DNA from: Lama glama
Lineage: Eukaryota
Assembly (NCBI GenBank): GCA_028534125.1
Contig: CM052817.1
Location: forward strand, 64,172,001-64,236,000
Length of the DNA stretch: 64,000 nucleotides
Direction of reading: 5' to 3'
Made by a program: the position numbers and the translations under genes. The notes under the pieces are model-generated. The model was not told the DNA's origin. It saw nothing but the letters and a program-made list of their open reading frames with translations, and did not search any database. Shown piece by piece: positions 1 through 12,698 of the stretch (its first letter is position 1; each line of letters begins with the position of its first letter).

Positions 1-858
1 AGAAGAATCAGATGGAGATTTTTTGTTAAATAAATTTTCTGAGACTATACAGGTATAATCTTTGTTCAGATCATTCAAATATTTTATTACCTTTTGTGAA
101 TGCCTAGATTTTCATCATATTGTATATTTAAGCTTTTTCAAGCATCTTCAGTTGAGGTAAGATAATGGTATCAGTTAACAGAGTCCCATAAAGAATGACT
201 TTTAAAGATTTTTTTTTCCCCACCAGCAGACGTACACTGTTTTAAAATAGCCCCAATGTGTCTTTTTGGATTACAAGGCTTTTCAATCATATCATCATGG
301 GAAATAACATAGGATATAGTCAAAACTATTCATTATTCTACTTTCTAAAGATAAATTTCTGATTAGGTGAAATAGTATACACTATATGAAAATGAAATCT
401 GTAGGAAATCAGTTTGGTTCATGTAGCAGATTAGTATTATTTATTAATGTCTGTAGTCTCTGTTAACACAGTTGGGGCAAGGACAGAGGTAAAAAAAAAA
501 CGTTTATTTAAGTTGAGGAATTGTGCTTTTTGTAAATAAGAAGGCAACATTGTCAGATTTCCTTACTTGTTTTATGATTAGATTTAAAAGCCGGTAAGTG
601 TAATTTTGTATGTAGTGCTCCTGTAGACAAACAGGATACTTACCCCTGGTCCTCCCACCCCAATCCCATTCTTAAAATTTACAGAAAAGTAACAAGATTG
701 GTTTTAAATAGAAAAATACAACATGAGGCCTTGATGATAATAAGACATTCAGTAAATGTGTATTAAATTGAATGATTATATCAATATAATTATATATTAT
801 ATCAATGGTATTAGAATGCTAATACCATTTTAACCACGGTCTTTCTCTCTCTCTCCAG

Positions 859-984
859 TTGTAAATAAAGCAAAGATGTTATCAGCTGGAGTCACAGAGG
901 CAGTTTTGAAATTCCTTAAATCTGAAATGCCGCCGGTTCAGTTCAAACTTCTGGGAACACTGAGAATGTTAATAGATGCACAAG
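859..984 (+). CDS. RAP1GDS1: RAP1GDS1 (SmgGDS) internal coding exon, fifth from last, 126 nt, phase 1/1
   Basis: Acceptor ctctctctccag| and donor CAAG|gtaaac. Translates (V)VNKAKMLSAGVTEAVLKFLKSEMPPVQFKLLGTLRMLIDAQ, which I recognise as SmgGDS ARM-repeat sequence. The frame joins correctly to the next exon. Confidence 0.96.
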
Positions 985-1100
985 GTAAACGAAATGCTTT
1001 CCCAAGGTGCATTTTTGGTATAATAGTTTTAATGTGCCTCTAGTTGAAAAAAGATTTGTTTTTAGCTTTCAGAATTATGTGATCATAAAGATAAGTAGCT

Positions 1101-1204
1101 GGGGGTCAGGTATAGCTCAGTGGTAGAGTGCATGCTTAATATGCATGAGGTCCTGGGTTCAGTCCCCGGTACCTCCATTTAATTAATTAATTAATTAAAC
1201 CTAA
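1101..1204 (+). mobile_element. tRNA-derived SINE, Vic-1-like (camelid)
   Basis: Pol III A-box (tagctcagtggtagag) and B-box (ggttcagtccc), an AT-rich tail, and similarity to four other copies in the window. Confidence 0.8.
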
Positions 1205-1704
1205 NNNNNNNNNNNNNNNNNNNNNNNNNNNNNNNNNNNNNNNNNNNNNNNNNNNNNNNNNNNNNNNNNNNNNNNNNNNNNNNNNNNNNNNNNNNNNNNN
1301 NNNNNNNNNNNNNNNNNNNNNNNNNNNNNNNNNNNNNNNNNNNNNNNNNNNNNNNNNNNNNNNNNNNNNNNNNNNNNNNNNNNNNNNNNNNNNNNNNNNN
1401 NNNNNNNNNNNNNNNNNNNNNNNNNNNNNNNNNNNNNNNNNNNNNNNNNNNNNNNNNNNNNNNNNNNNNNNNNNNNNNNNNNNNNNNNNNNNNNNNNNNN
1501 NNNNNNNNNNNNNNNNNNNNNNNNNNNNNNNNNNNNNNNNNNNNNNNNNNNNNNNNNNNNNNNNNNNNNNNNNNNNNNNNNNNNNNNNNNNNNNNNNNNN
1601 NNNNNNNNNNNNNNNNNNNNNNNNNNNNNNNNNNNNNNNNNNNNNNNNNNNNNNNNNNNNNNNNNNNNNNNNNNNNNNNNNNNNNNNNNNNNNNNNNNNN
1701 NNNN
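1205..1704. other. Assembly gap of exactly 500 N
   Basis: Run of N. The round length suggests a fixed-size scaffolding gap rather than a measured one. Confidence 0.99.
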
Positions 1705-2686
1705 GCTGCAAATGGCGTTATGTTGTTATCTTTATGGCTGAATAATATTCCATAGTATAAATATACCACATCTTCTTTATCCAGTCATCTGTTGATGGAC
1801 ATTTAGGCTGTTTCCATGTCTTGGCTATTGTAAATAGTGCTGCTATGAACATTGGAGTGCAGGTGTCTTTTTGAAGTAGGGTTCCTTCTAGATATATGCC
1901 CAGGAGCGGGATTTCTGGGTTATATGGTAAGTCTATTCCTAGTCTTTTGAGGAATCTCCATACTGTTTTCCACAGTGGCTGCACTAAACTGCATTCCCAC
2001 CAGCAGTGTAGGAGGGTTCCCTTTTCTCCACAGCCTCTTCAGCATTTGTCATTTGTGGACTTTAGAATGATGGCCATTTTGCCTGGTGTGAGGTGATAAC
2101 TCATTATAGTTTTGATTTGCATTTCTCTGATAATTAGTGATAATGAGCATTTTTTTCATGTGCCTACTGATCATTTATATGTCTTCCTTGGAGACTTGCT
2201 TGTTTAGGTCTTCTGCCCATTTTTGGATTGGATTGTTTGTTTTTTTTCTTATGTCATACGAGCTGCTTATATATTCTGGAGATAAAGCCTTTATCGGTTT
2301 CATCATTTGCAAAAATTTTCTCCCATTCCATAGGTTGTCGTTTTGTTTTACTTGTGGTTTCCTTTGCTGTGCAGAAGCTTGTAAGTTTAATTAGTTCCCA
2401 CTTGTTTATTCTTGCTTTAGTTTCTACTGCTTGGGTAGACTGTCCTAGGAGAACATTTTTGAGATGTATGTCAGATAATGTTTTGCCTATATTTTCCCCT
2501 AGGAGGTTGATTGTATCTTGCCTTATGTTTAAGGCTTTGATACATTTTGAGTTTATTTTTGTATATGGTATAAAGGAGTGTTCTAGCTTCATTGATTTAT
2601 ATGCTGCTGTCCAGTTTTCCCAACACCATTTACTAAAGAGACTGTCTTTATTCCATTGTATATTCTTGCCTCCTTTGTCGAATGTT
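1705..2686 (-). mobile_element. Relatively young 5'-truncated LINE-1 (ORF2 C-terminal region)
   Basis: ORFs 2254..2796 and 1718..1984 give L1 ORF2 motifs [36 protein letters not shown] and TCTPMFIAALFTIAKTWKQPKCPS. Confidence 0.93.
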
Positions 2687-3358
2687 AAAAAAAGAAGATA
2701 AGTAGCAAATAAAAGGCAATAGAGATTGGTTTTGGAACCCAGTTCATTAATTTCCATACTTGTTATAATTGACTTTAAATGGAAATTATATTGCATCTCT
2801 CTTTATCAGTATATATAATTTGGTTTTAGTTTGATTTATTAGCAGTTCTTGAAGGGCTTTTATGTTTTAGCATTTTTTCCATACCCATTTTCAGCCTGTC
2901 TTCAAAATTACCAAGTTTCAATACAGTGATAGTCAAAATTGTGTAAAATTTGTTTTGCAAACAGGGAGATCATTTTTCTGTTTACAGCAACAGTAATGAA
3001 AATCACTCCTTGGAAATTAGTTATATTTATTTACTTCTTTCTGAATTCTAAACCTTTCTCTTTACTGATTCCTTAGAGTCCTTATAAAAACTCTTCATTA
3101 TAGTTTGCCAGAGTACTAATGGACTGTCAGGCAGAACCAAACAAGTACAAAGTTGTTTGTTTTCGTATTTTGTATGAAAGTCCACAACTTGATAGAAAAA
3201 GCCCAATAGTTCATCAGAAACAGAATATTTGCAGTTCTTGCTTTAATAAAATTGTTATGTTTTTTAGACATGTAATTTTCCTTTACATCTTTACCAGTTA
3301 TTTCAGTTGATTGCCTAGCAGTGATTCATTCCTTTGTGATTTGCCTTCTTTTCTATAG

Positions 3359-3498
3359 CAGAAGCTGCTGAACAACTGGGAAAGAATGTTAAATTAGTGG
3401 AGCGTTTGGTGGAATGGTGTGAAGCCAAAGATCACGCTGGTGTGATGGGGGAATCAAACAGACTGCTCTCTGCCCTCATACGACACAGTAAATCAAAA
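3359..3498 (+). CDS. RAP1GDS1: RAP1GDS1 coding exon, 140 nt, phase 1/0
   Basis: Acceptor ttcttttctatag| and donor AAA|gtaagt. Translates (A)EAAEQLGKNVKLVERLVEWCEAKDHAGVMGESNRLLSALIRHSKSK and overlaps ORF 3397..3579. Confidence 0.96.
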
Positions 3499-3689
3499 GT
3501 AAGTCCCAGAGGAAACCGTTCACCATCAAACATTGCAGTGGCCTTTTCGGAAACCCAGTATCATAGACCTGTATCATAAGCTTACCTTTTTTATGTATTC
3601 ATGTGTAAATACATTAATCTACAATTCTGAAAAAAATAATTGAAGATTGAACTTTTTAAAATTTAGTTCTACTCCGTAATAGACAAGAG

Positions 3690-3885
3690 GAACACTTTGG
3701 AATCAAAGCAGAGATGAGTTCAGATTATATCTCTGCTATTTACTTGGTCAAGTGTATTCATTTCTCAGTATCTTCACCTATAAAAATTGGGATGACACCT
3801 ACATGAAAGTGCTGTGAGGATGATTCGGTGAGATCACATAGACAGAGTGCTCAGCTGCCGCTGGACACAGTGAGCACTCAGTCAG
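3690..3885 (+). mobile_element. MIR SINE relic
   Basis: MIR-core-like sequence: tctcagtatcttcacctataaaaattgggatg...tgtgaggatgatt...gagcactcagt. Confidence 0.6.
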
Positions 3886-6609
3886 TGGAGGGTGCTGTCG
3901 TTCTCCACCATTACCAGCATCTGTGTCAAGCATCTTCCGTGTGCCACGCTCTGACCCAGCAAGCCACAGATACTTAGAAATTAAATGATACCTGGATGGT
4001 AGATGATGCCCCAAACTCATAAAGTTGGATGAAATCCATTCTCTTGTCAGGGTCCAGTCTGGTATGTGTCTGGTACGTGGTAAATCACCTGTAAATTTTT
4101 GTTGAGGAAAGGAAGAAATGAATGAAAAAATGAACTATTTTAAGATCACAGTGGTGGGAACTCAGGCCAACAGTTCAGCAGCTGAGTTAGTATCCAAGTT
4201 AGATACCTTTTATTTTTTATAATCTCATTTTTAAAGTGAGCCTTTTGACCACTTCACTTGTTTACAACTGATTGTATGTGAGACAAACGACAGTTTAGAA
4301 CTAAAAATCCACGAGCTATTTTCATTTATTTATGGAACAAATTAAAAGAAGATGGCAAGAGAAAAAGCTTAAAAATAAGGGTATTCCTTGACTTGTGTAA
4401 ATCTCCTTCATACAAATAATTGACTTCACCATAATAGCTATCCCAGCTGACTGGCCACAGGAATGTTCCTCCCCATCAGAAGTTATCTCTTGGCATCTTT
4501 CCGTGGAGCAAAGCAGCTGTTCATTAGGGCTTTCCTATTCCTTATTTCACTCAGAGTTGCCTAAAGGTTTGTACATTTTTACTGACAGCAGTATATTCTA
4601 TTAACTGTATTACAACAGGAGTCGTGTTTTGGCATCTGATTTGGAACCCTAGGATAAATTTCTGTTACATGTGGTAGTTAGGCCAGTGAGTCCAATGAAG
4701 AGTTGATTAATTCATAAAATCAGTTCAGTATCAACTAACAATTATATAACCAAACCATTAGTGGACACAAAAATGTGTCCGTAGGTAGATGCATCCCAGC
4801 ATCTTAAACAACCATGTCTTAGAACCAAAACTATTCAAATGCTATAACATTAAATTGAGATCTGAGGGTTTTGAGACTTTTTTGTGAGTTTCATTTATCA
4901 CAGGTTTCCCTTTGCCTCGTATAATCTCTTATTTTCTCCCTGTCAAGAACTTTTAAGTACCCATTAAGCATCTATCAACCATGTAAGGTTTTTGAAAAAA
5001 AATGAGAAATACTAGATGGTACCTTTGTAGGGATGTGGGTGTTGGTATGAGTATGTGTAATAAAAAAATAATTGGAAATAATACAGGGTTTCAAATTTAT
5101 AGTTGCATTATAACTTTTTTACAATTCAGTACCAAATAGACTGCTTTTTTCCTTTACATATCTTTACTACAATTGAGATTATACTGCTGCTAAGAGGCAA
5201 TTGGAACTTTGATTCACAGGCTTCAATGAAAAGAATACAACGTATGTTCTTTGTGTGACCTCTGGATTAGATTTATTAAATTATTTTTAAATTTAACAAA
5301 CATGAAAGGAATGAGCGATTCCTTTCAAGCAGCAGTTCTCAAAATATGTTTCATCAAATAATAACTCAAAGAAATGTTTGACAAAGAAAAAGGATTTTAT
5401 GGTCAGGTTAGTTATGGAAATAGCACATTCCCTTAACTTGCCTTTGGAATTCTTTTAATTTGTTCACTGATTCACAAACTTTCACTGTGGGTCTTTTTTT
5501 GCAAGAGACACCTATTAACATTCCACTGGACATACTTTGGAAAATGCTATGGAATAAGCTTTTAAAAAGTAATTAAACATTAGGTAAAATTTGTTGCATT
5601 CCTGTAGATCCTTAAGCAACTGTTGTGAATCATGGCTCTCTCCTTGTGTTGTTCTTAAACTTTGAAGATTCTACTTTTAAAGCCACCCTGATATCTGTCT
5701 TAGAGTACAGCACTCCAGAAGTTTGCACTGATTCACAGTTCCACCCTGGCTTAGGCATCTTGGCCATACAGAGTGTATTCCTGTGCTTATGCCAATAGGT
5801 AAACTCACATCTTGCCTTGAAAGCATGCCCTCAGCTAGGGCTCCTAAGCAGCTAGCTTGAGAAACATAGTTTGCCTCTACACCAGGAATATAAAAATTCC
5901 CTCCTGTCAAAGCAGGGTACTTTTCCTTAACCTTTAAGAGTAAAACATTCTTCATCAGTTATCAAGCTAAAAACTTACTTAAACAAATGTGTTTAGTCAT
6001 TTGCTTATTCATCCAACAAACATTTATTTAAACCCTGGACTGAGAGCTTTGATGATAGATTGTTGAGAAAGAAAGGTTTTGATAGGTGATTCGGGGGCTA
6101 CATGAGCCTATAATCTTATAAATTACCTCAAATTCAAGCCTATCTCAAAACATTCCATAGTAATTGATGTTTTCAACAAAGTCTTTAGCTGAATTTATCT
6201 CAACAATTAAGAGCAAACTGACCATAAATGATAAATATGTGAGACTGTTAACATAGATAATTTGCCTTGGTTATATATTTACTGAAATTTAGCCTTCTAT
6301 AGAAAAACTTCTTGAAAAATAGGATTATGAAATAAAATATATTTACTTATTATAAATGAAATGGTTTCAGAGAGGTAAAAATAATCTCTGGATTAATTTT
6401 GGAAGTGTATTGGTTAAAGTTATTTGTAATTCTCCAGATGAATCTTCTTGCTCTATGGAGTGGTGCTATTTTTTGTCTTGAAGTTAAAAGCATAACTTTA
6501 AAATACATTCATAGAGCCTCTTGAAATCACATTAAATGACTGCCTCTGCTTGGCACTATAATGAATTCAGTACATATACTTTTGCATAGACCACAAATGC
6601 TTAAAAATG

Positions 6610-6835
6610 AGGACCTGGTGGTCAGACTGTCTGGATTTGAATCTTGGCTTTTTACTATTTAATCAATGTCTGACTTGAGGCAAATTATATAACAATCTGA
6701 AATTCAGTTTCCTCATCTATAAACTGGAGATACTATCTAGCTAATGGGATTTTCTGTGAGGGTAAAAATGAGCTGTTGTCTGTAAGCTACCCAGTACAGT
6801 GTCCTGGGTGTAGGTGTTGCTCCATAAAGGGTAGC
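6610..6835 (+). mobile_element. MIR SINE relic
   Basis: MIR core: ggatttgaatcttggct...tcagtttcctcatctataaactgg. Confidence 0.7.
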
Positions 6836-7312
6836 TACCGATAGTAATAATCCTCTTTTGTCATATGTGACAAGTACAAGGCTGCATTTATCTTTTATCC
6901 TCCATTCTATCAGGCAGAGTGACGCCATAAGCTACTCAGTAAGCATTTACTGAAGTAGGAGGAGCGGGGGCAGGCATTTTAAAGGGAAATACTCAGGTAT
7001 CTCTTCCAGAAAAGTGAGGTGGGAAAAAGCTATGCTTGGATTGAAGGGTAGTAGTGGTATTCACTTCTGATGTACAGATTTTCTTCATTTATTCCTTTCC
7101 CTTCTTTCAACTGCAGTGGACTTTTTAGGGTGAATCACAAATGGGAGGATGAAATGATAGTCCAGGAATCTTCCTAGGTGACTGCCTATGTATCTTGTGA
7201 ATCTTTTGTGGTCTTCTTGACTCAAAAATCTTTGTGATTTTTATAAAATTCTTTACTAATTTTAAGAATTATGTATCAGTTTCAAATAAGCTGCCTCTGA
7301 GTACGCAGTATA

Positions 7313-7687
7313 TAGCTGTCCCTTGGTATCTGCGAGGAATTGGTTCCTAGACACACCTTCAGGTACCAAAATCTGTGGATGCTCAAGTCCTTTATATAAA
7401 ATGGTGTATGTAGTATTTGCATCTGTCCTGTGCACATCCTCCCATATACTTTGTCATCTCTAAATTACCTAATACAATGTAAATACGATGTAAATAGTTG
7501 TAAATACGATGTAAGTATTTGTAAATACAATGTAAATACTAAATAGTTGCCAGCACACAACAAATTCAGGTTTTGCTTTTTGGAATTTTATGGAAGTTAT
7601 CTTTTCCCCGTTTTTGGTACGTGGTTGGCTGAATCCATGGATTCAGAACCTGCAGATACAGAACCCATAGATACGGAGGGTTGCCTG
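7313..7687 (+). mobile_element. MER2-like TcMar-Tigger MITE
   Basis: Starts tagctgtcccttggtatc, ends gatacggagggttgcctg (imperfect terminal inverted repeats), flanked by TA. Contains the MER2-type core gatgctcaagtcctttatataaaatgg. Confidence 0.8.
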
Positions 7688-8214
7688 TATTGGGAGGCCC
7701 TTCCTTTTCACTAAGAAAGGCTTTGAAACATGGTTTCTCACTTTCTAGAAGAAATGGGTGGGAAAAGACATTAGATGCTATAACACAGCCACCAAAAAAC
7801 TCAGCACTTGGACTCTATTGATTTAGAATGTTTGATCACTAAACAAGTCTGGGCTCAAAACAAAGATACTGTCTATAAATAGTTTTCTTAAAATTTACAT
7901 AAGGTAGAAGCAGAAAAGAACTCCTTTTTCAAATATTTTAACAAATTAATTTGAAAAATATTTTAATTACAGTTAGTTTTGTACCATTGAAGCTAACTGG
8001 GACAGGCTACTTAAAATATTCCAGTATTTACTTCAGATTACTAAAAATAGTGAAAAGTAATAAAGTTACTTTTAAAATATTCTATAATTGAGAGTTTCTA
8101 CTAAATCATATTTAACCCAAGAGTTTTAAGGCAACAATGAGTACTAGATGAAGTGAGATGAAGACAAAACTGAGTACTAGAAAAAAAGTGATCATTTAAA
8201 AAAATCTAGCCTGT

Positions 8215-8385
8215 GTGCTTTTCATGTAGTAACATTGTAATTTTAACAAAACCCTATGAGATATACACTTACATTATCTCATTATTATAGGTGAAGTCTC
8301 TGAGAGGCAGAGAGCTTCAGTAATTTGCTCAAAGTCAGTGTTGGTGCTGTGATATTTTTAGTCTGGAGCCCAGTGCTCCCTTTAC
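8215..8385 (-). mobile_element. MIR SINE relic
   Basis: Reverse MIR core: aaccctatgag...attatctcattattataggtgaagtctctgag...taatttgctcaaagtca. Confidence 0.6.
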
Positions 8386-8965
8386 AGTTGCAGAGGGCAG
8401 AACCATAGGCACCATGAAAAATGAGGGAGACAGAATTTTAAGTTCTGCTCAAGTCCCTTTGTATGTAATCTAGTTTTGTCAGATCCAACGATGGTTTTTA
8501 AAAGCTACGTAAGTAAGTAAGCAAGCAAATAAATAAATAAATAAATAGCTTCACCTAGTGCATCTGGAGAACACCTACATGGTGTTACATTAAAAATGTG
8601 AAAAAGGAAAGAACTTTTTAAATTATTTCAAGACTTATTCTCTTGTTGATCTTGTGGTAAGTCAACATTTGGGGCAATGTCACTTTATTTCTTTGACTTT
8701 GGAAGCTTCTGGGACTCTGTTCCTTGATATGAACTGCAGTGGTCTTTTTCACCTAGGTAATTTAAGTTGTCACCTTTTGATGGATTTATTTAAAGCTAAA
8801 AGCTTTTTCCTTTTCTTGTGTGAAGAAAAAAAATTATGGCTAAATGTAATGATTCATATGGGACACTGTCAGAAAACCACTCAACAGTGAATTGACTGAT
8901 TGTAATGCAGTTTCTTTATGTTTTAAAATTAAAGTTTATTATTCTGTGATATTTATTTATTGTAG

Positions 8966-9092
8966 GATGTAATTAAAACCATTGTACAAAGTGGTGGCGT
9001 CAAGCATCTAGTTACCATGGCAACTAGTGAACATGTAATAATGCAGAACGAGGCCCTTGTTGCTTTGGCACTAATAGCAGCTTTAGAATTGG
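8966..9092 (+). CDS. RAP1GDS1: RAP1GDS1 coding exon, 127 nt, phase 0/1
   Basis: Acceptor tttatttattgtag| and donor TTGG|gtaagt. Translates DVIKTIVQSGGVKHLVTMATSEHVIMQNEALVALALIAALEL. Confidence 0.96.
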
Positions 9093-10749
9093 GTAAGTAC
9101 CCCAGTGACAGACTTGTTTTTTCCTATTTTTATTTTGGATGAAAGGAAGCACAGGAGTGGAACAGAGGTCAGACAGAACCTTGACTGTACGCATTTTGCC
9201 AGTGTGTCTGTACCCATATCTGAGTATATGGAAAATCATATTCTACAGAGTATCACCACAGCTGTCCCTTTTGGTGGTTCTTTAGGTAATATTTTTAGGG
9301 CAGTACTTTAAGGTTAGTTTGACTCTTTTTTTTTTAAGGTTAGTTTGACTCTTTTAAATGTTATCTCAAATTATAGGCACTTAGGAAATACAGAAAACAT
9401 TTTCAGAAGGCCTCATGGGGAAATAAAGAAATATATAGAATACAAAATCAACTTTAGAGTTTGCTGCCCTTCCAGACACCCAGACCTTCGCTGCCGTATC
9501 TACTACTCATTCTTTCTTTTGCTCATATACCTCCTCCCTCTCACCGTGGTTTCTGTTGACAGCATTGCCTTCATTCTAAATTCTCACCGTCTATGTCACT
9601 CTTCTGTATACTTTACATTCAGAATTCCCCTAAAGCAAAGTCTGAATGATTCAGTCTTTTTCTCTCTATCAGTAGCATCTCTGTTGGTCAGAATTCTTCA
9701 GAATAAGCGAGCTTATAGGCATCTTAGCTTATGGGTAGCAACTTTGTCTCAGGAACCAACCTCTGATACAGTCAGCTGGGGACAATCAGAGTCACAAAGC
9801 CTGTGGAAAGGCCTCAGGCTGTCTTACACAGAAGAGGACTATAGACTTAGGCATGTCCTATTCATTTCAGAGCCATTTGGGTAAGTACTGCTAACTGATC
9901 ACCTCAATTCCCATTGGCAATTTATGTGCATAATCTTCGCACTGGGGCAAGTGGACCCACCAACTCTTATCCCCAGGAGCCAAAAGATAAACAAGGTATA
10001 TTTTCCTCCACTGTCAGATTTACTCTGTCACTCTCAGATTTCACGTATGAGAGATACGAATTTTTGTCCTCTTAAAGGGTTATAAATTTTTAAACAACTT
10101 ATAATTTAAAAAAAATAAGTAGGATTTAAAATTTTCTTGAATTTTAAAGATAAAAGACTTTAAGAAAATGTATGTGACTTTGGTCACTGATTTAGGTTAG
10201 AGATGCTGCAGAGGTCAGTCCAAGTCCTGGCTTACTCGGTGATTTCTCCCATGGTTTGGGGACATTATGGATGTCGGTCCTAAAGTCCAGACACCTTTAA
10301 GTGGGGGGAGCTGTGATGAAGAGGTGAGAGTTGGTGAGAACATTGAATACCAAATTGGGTTCAGGGCTTGATTTTTTTAAATGGCTTAAAGTGATAGAGC
10401 AATTTCAGAACATCCTTGGCCTCCCATCCTAGGGGAAATCTGGTTTTATGCCCTTCGTAACTAGTGTCTCCTAAACAGGCTTCCTGATAGCTGAGTGTTT
10501 GCCTGGGTCTGGTCACCTTACCGTGGAACTGACAATACATAATCACATTTGTTGTTGTTATCTCATGTTTCCTAGGCTCCTTGAGCCTAAGATTTAAAAA
10601 TAAGGCCATACTACCTTTTTAATGTATAGTGCACTTTGAAAATCATACTTTTCCAACTTGCATCCTTACAAGCTATTGGATATTATTAAGGAATTATAAA
10701 TTTTGTGTATGATGAAAATATTAGAGCAGTATTTTGAGTCCTTATATAT

Positions 10750-12215
10750 TTTTATTAATTATAGATTCACATAGAGTTATAAAAAATAATATAGAAAGAT
10801 CCTTTATACACTCTGCCCAGCTTTTCCCAATGGTAATATTTTACAAAACATATGTGTAACATCTCAACCACTAATATAATTTACCTATCTTATTCAGACA
10901 GACTTGCCGAGTTATACTTGTACTCATTTGTGTTTAAAAGTTCATAGTTTTATAACCCGTGGAGGTGTATCTGAATAGTTCTAATACCACAAGGATCCTC
11001 CACTTACAACCACACTCACCCACCTCCCCCTTCCTTGTTTCAAATCCCTGGAAACTACCAATCTGCCCTTCATTTCTAAAATGTTTTCATTTCAAAAATA
11101 TTATATAAATGGAATCATACAGTATTTGACCTTTTTGAATTGGCTTCTCTTCCTCAGAATAATTTCCTAAAGAGTTACTGATTTGTTTTATGTATCAACA
11201 GTTCACTCTTTCTCCTTTCTGAATAGTATTTTATGATATGTATGTACCACAGTTTGTTTAACCTTCCACTTATTGAAGGACATCTGGGCTGATTCCACTT
11301 TGGGACTTAAAAATAAAGCTGCAGTGAATATTCATGTATAGGATTTTGTGTAAACATAAAATTTCATTTCTCTAAAGAATGCCTAGGAGTTATAAGATAA
11401 CTTCTCGATGGTATGGTAACTGCATGTTTGATCTTTTAAGAAACTGACAAACTGTTTTACAGAACGGCTGTAGCATTTTTCATTCCCACCAGTGCTGTAT
11501 AAGTGATCTCGTTTTCTTTGTATCTTCACCAATATTTAGTATTGTCACTATTTTTTAAAATTTTAGCCATTCTCATAGCTATGTAGTGATAGATACCTCG
11601 TTTTAATTTCCATTTTTCTAATGGCTAATGATGTTGAACATTTTTTCATATACTTATTTGCCATCTGTATATATTCCTTGGTGAAATGCCTATTTATGTC
11701 TTTTGCCCATTTTCCATTTTTTTAACTATTGAGTTTTGAGAATTCTAAAAGGCTTATATTATAGTCTTATATTTTACATTTAAGTCTGTGATCCTTTTTG
11801 AGTTAATATCTATATAAGATGTGAGGTTTAGGTCAGGCATCGTTTTTTTGTTTTTTTCTATGGTTATATAATTGCTCCAGCACCATTCGTTGAAAAGGCT
11901 GTCTTTCCTCCACTGATTTGATGTTGTACCTCTGTCAAAAGTCAGTAGAGCACATTTGTGTGGGTCTGTTTGTCGGGTCTTCTTTCAGTTCCTTTGACCT
12001 ATGAGCCTACCTGTCTCTCCACCTGTTCGGCACCATCTTGTTAACCGTAGCTGTCCAGTGAGCCTTCATACCTTGTAGAGGAATTCCTCCCACTTTATTC
12101 TTCTTTATCAAGATCTTTTTTTTTTTTTACCTTTTCTAGGGCCAGTGGCTTTCCATATAAATTGTAGTACATGCCTGTTTTCTATAGAAAATCCTATTGG
12201 GATTTTGATGGGAAT
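10750..12215 (-). mobile_element. Old LINE-1 (L1M-type) 3' region, antisense to RAP1GDS1
   Basis: Typical L1 3' motifs: aaatggaatcatacagtat, cattcccaccag, tttgccatctgtat, ccagcaccattcgttgaaaag. Confidence 0.8.
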
Positions 12216-12698
12216 TGCAGAGTCCTTATCTCAAAGATACATACTAAAATACACATGGAGGAAATTATGTGATTTGCAGGATTTGCTCCAAAATAATTTG
12301 GGATGGGTGAGAATAGATGGATAAGACTAGAGACAGAGGAAACAAGATTGGCCATGATAATTTTTGAAGATGGTGACAAAGTGTATCATATCATCTTCTC
12401 TTCTTTTGTATGTTTAACAGTTTTTGTAATAGAGGTTTTTAATTGCCTCATATTTAAAGGAATATTTTAATATTGAATTTTAAGCCCAATTTCCTGAAAT
12501 GTCTATTGAAATTTAGATCTATCTACCCTTTTAACAAGGCCTGAATTTAATACTCTTTATCTACGTCATTATTATTATCAGTCCCTTTTGGAAGGTTTCA
12601 CATGGTCAGCTTCTAGAAAGGGAAGCAGTATTTAGCCAGATTGTGTCAGGTTCATACACAGTGAATGTAACTGATACTTTAATTGTTCCATGTTCCAG

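Noticed and set aside
1187..1769. ORFs 1187..1711 and 1191..1769
   Set aside because: Artefacts of translating through the 500-N gap.
1718..2796. ORFs of 60-180 aa on both strands as possible genes
   Set aside because: Fragments or antisense frames of a truncated, frameshifted L1 ORF2.
7470..7545. Repeated tgtaaata(c) units as a possible array
   Set aside because: Internal low-complexity portion of the MER2-like MITE.
9345..9884. 179-aa plus-strand ORF in a RAP1GDS1 intron
   Set aside because: Non-ATG start, no recognisable domain, no splice context; expected by chance.
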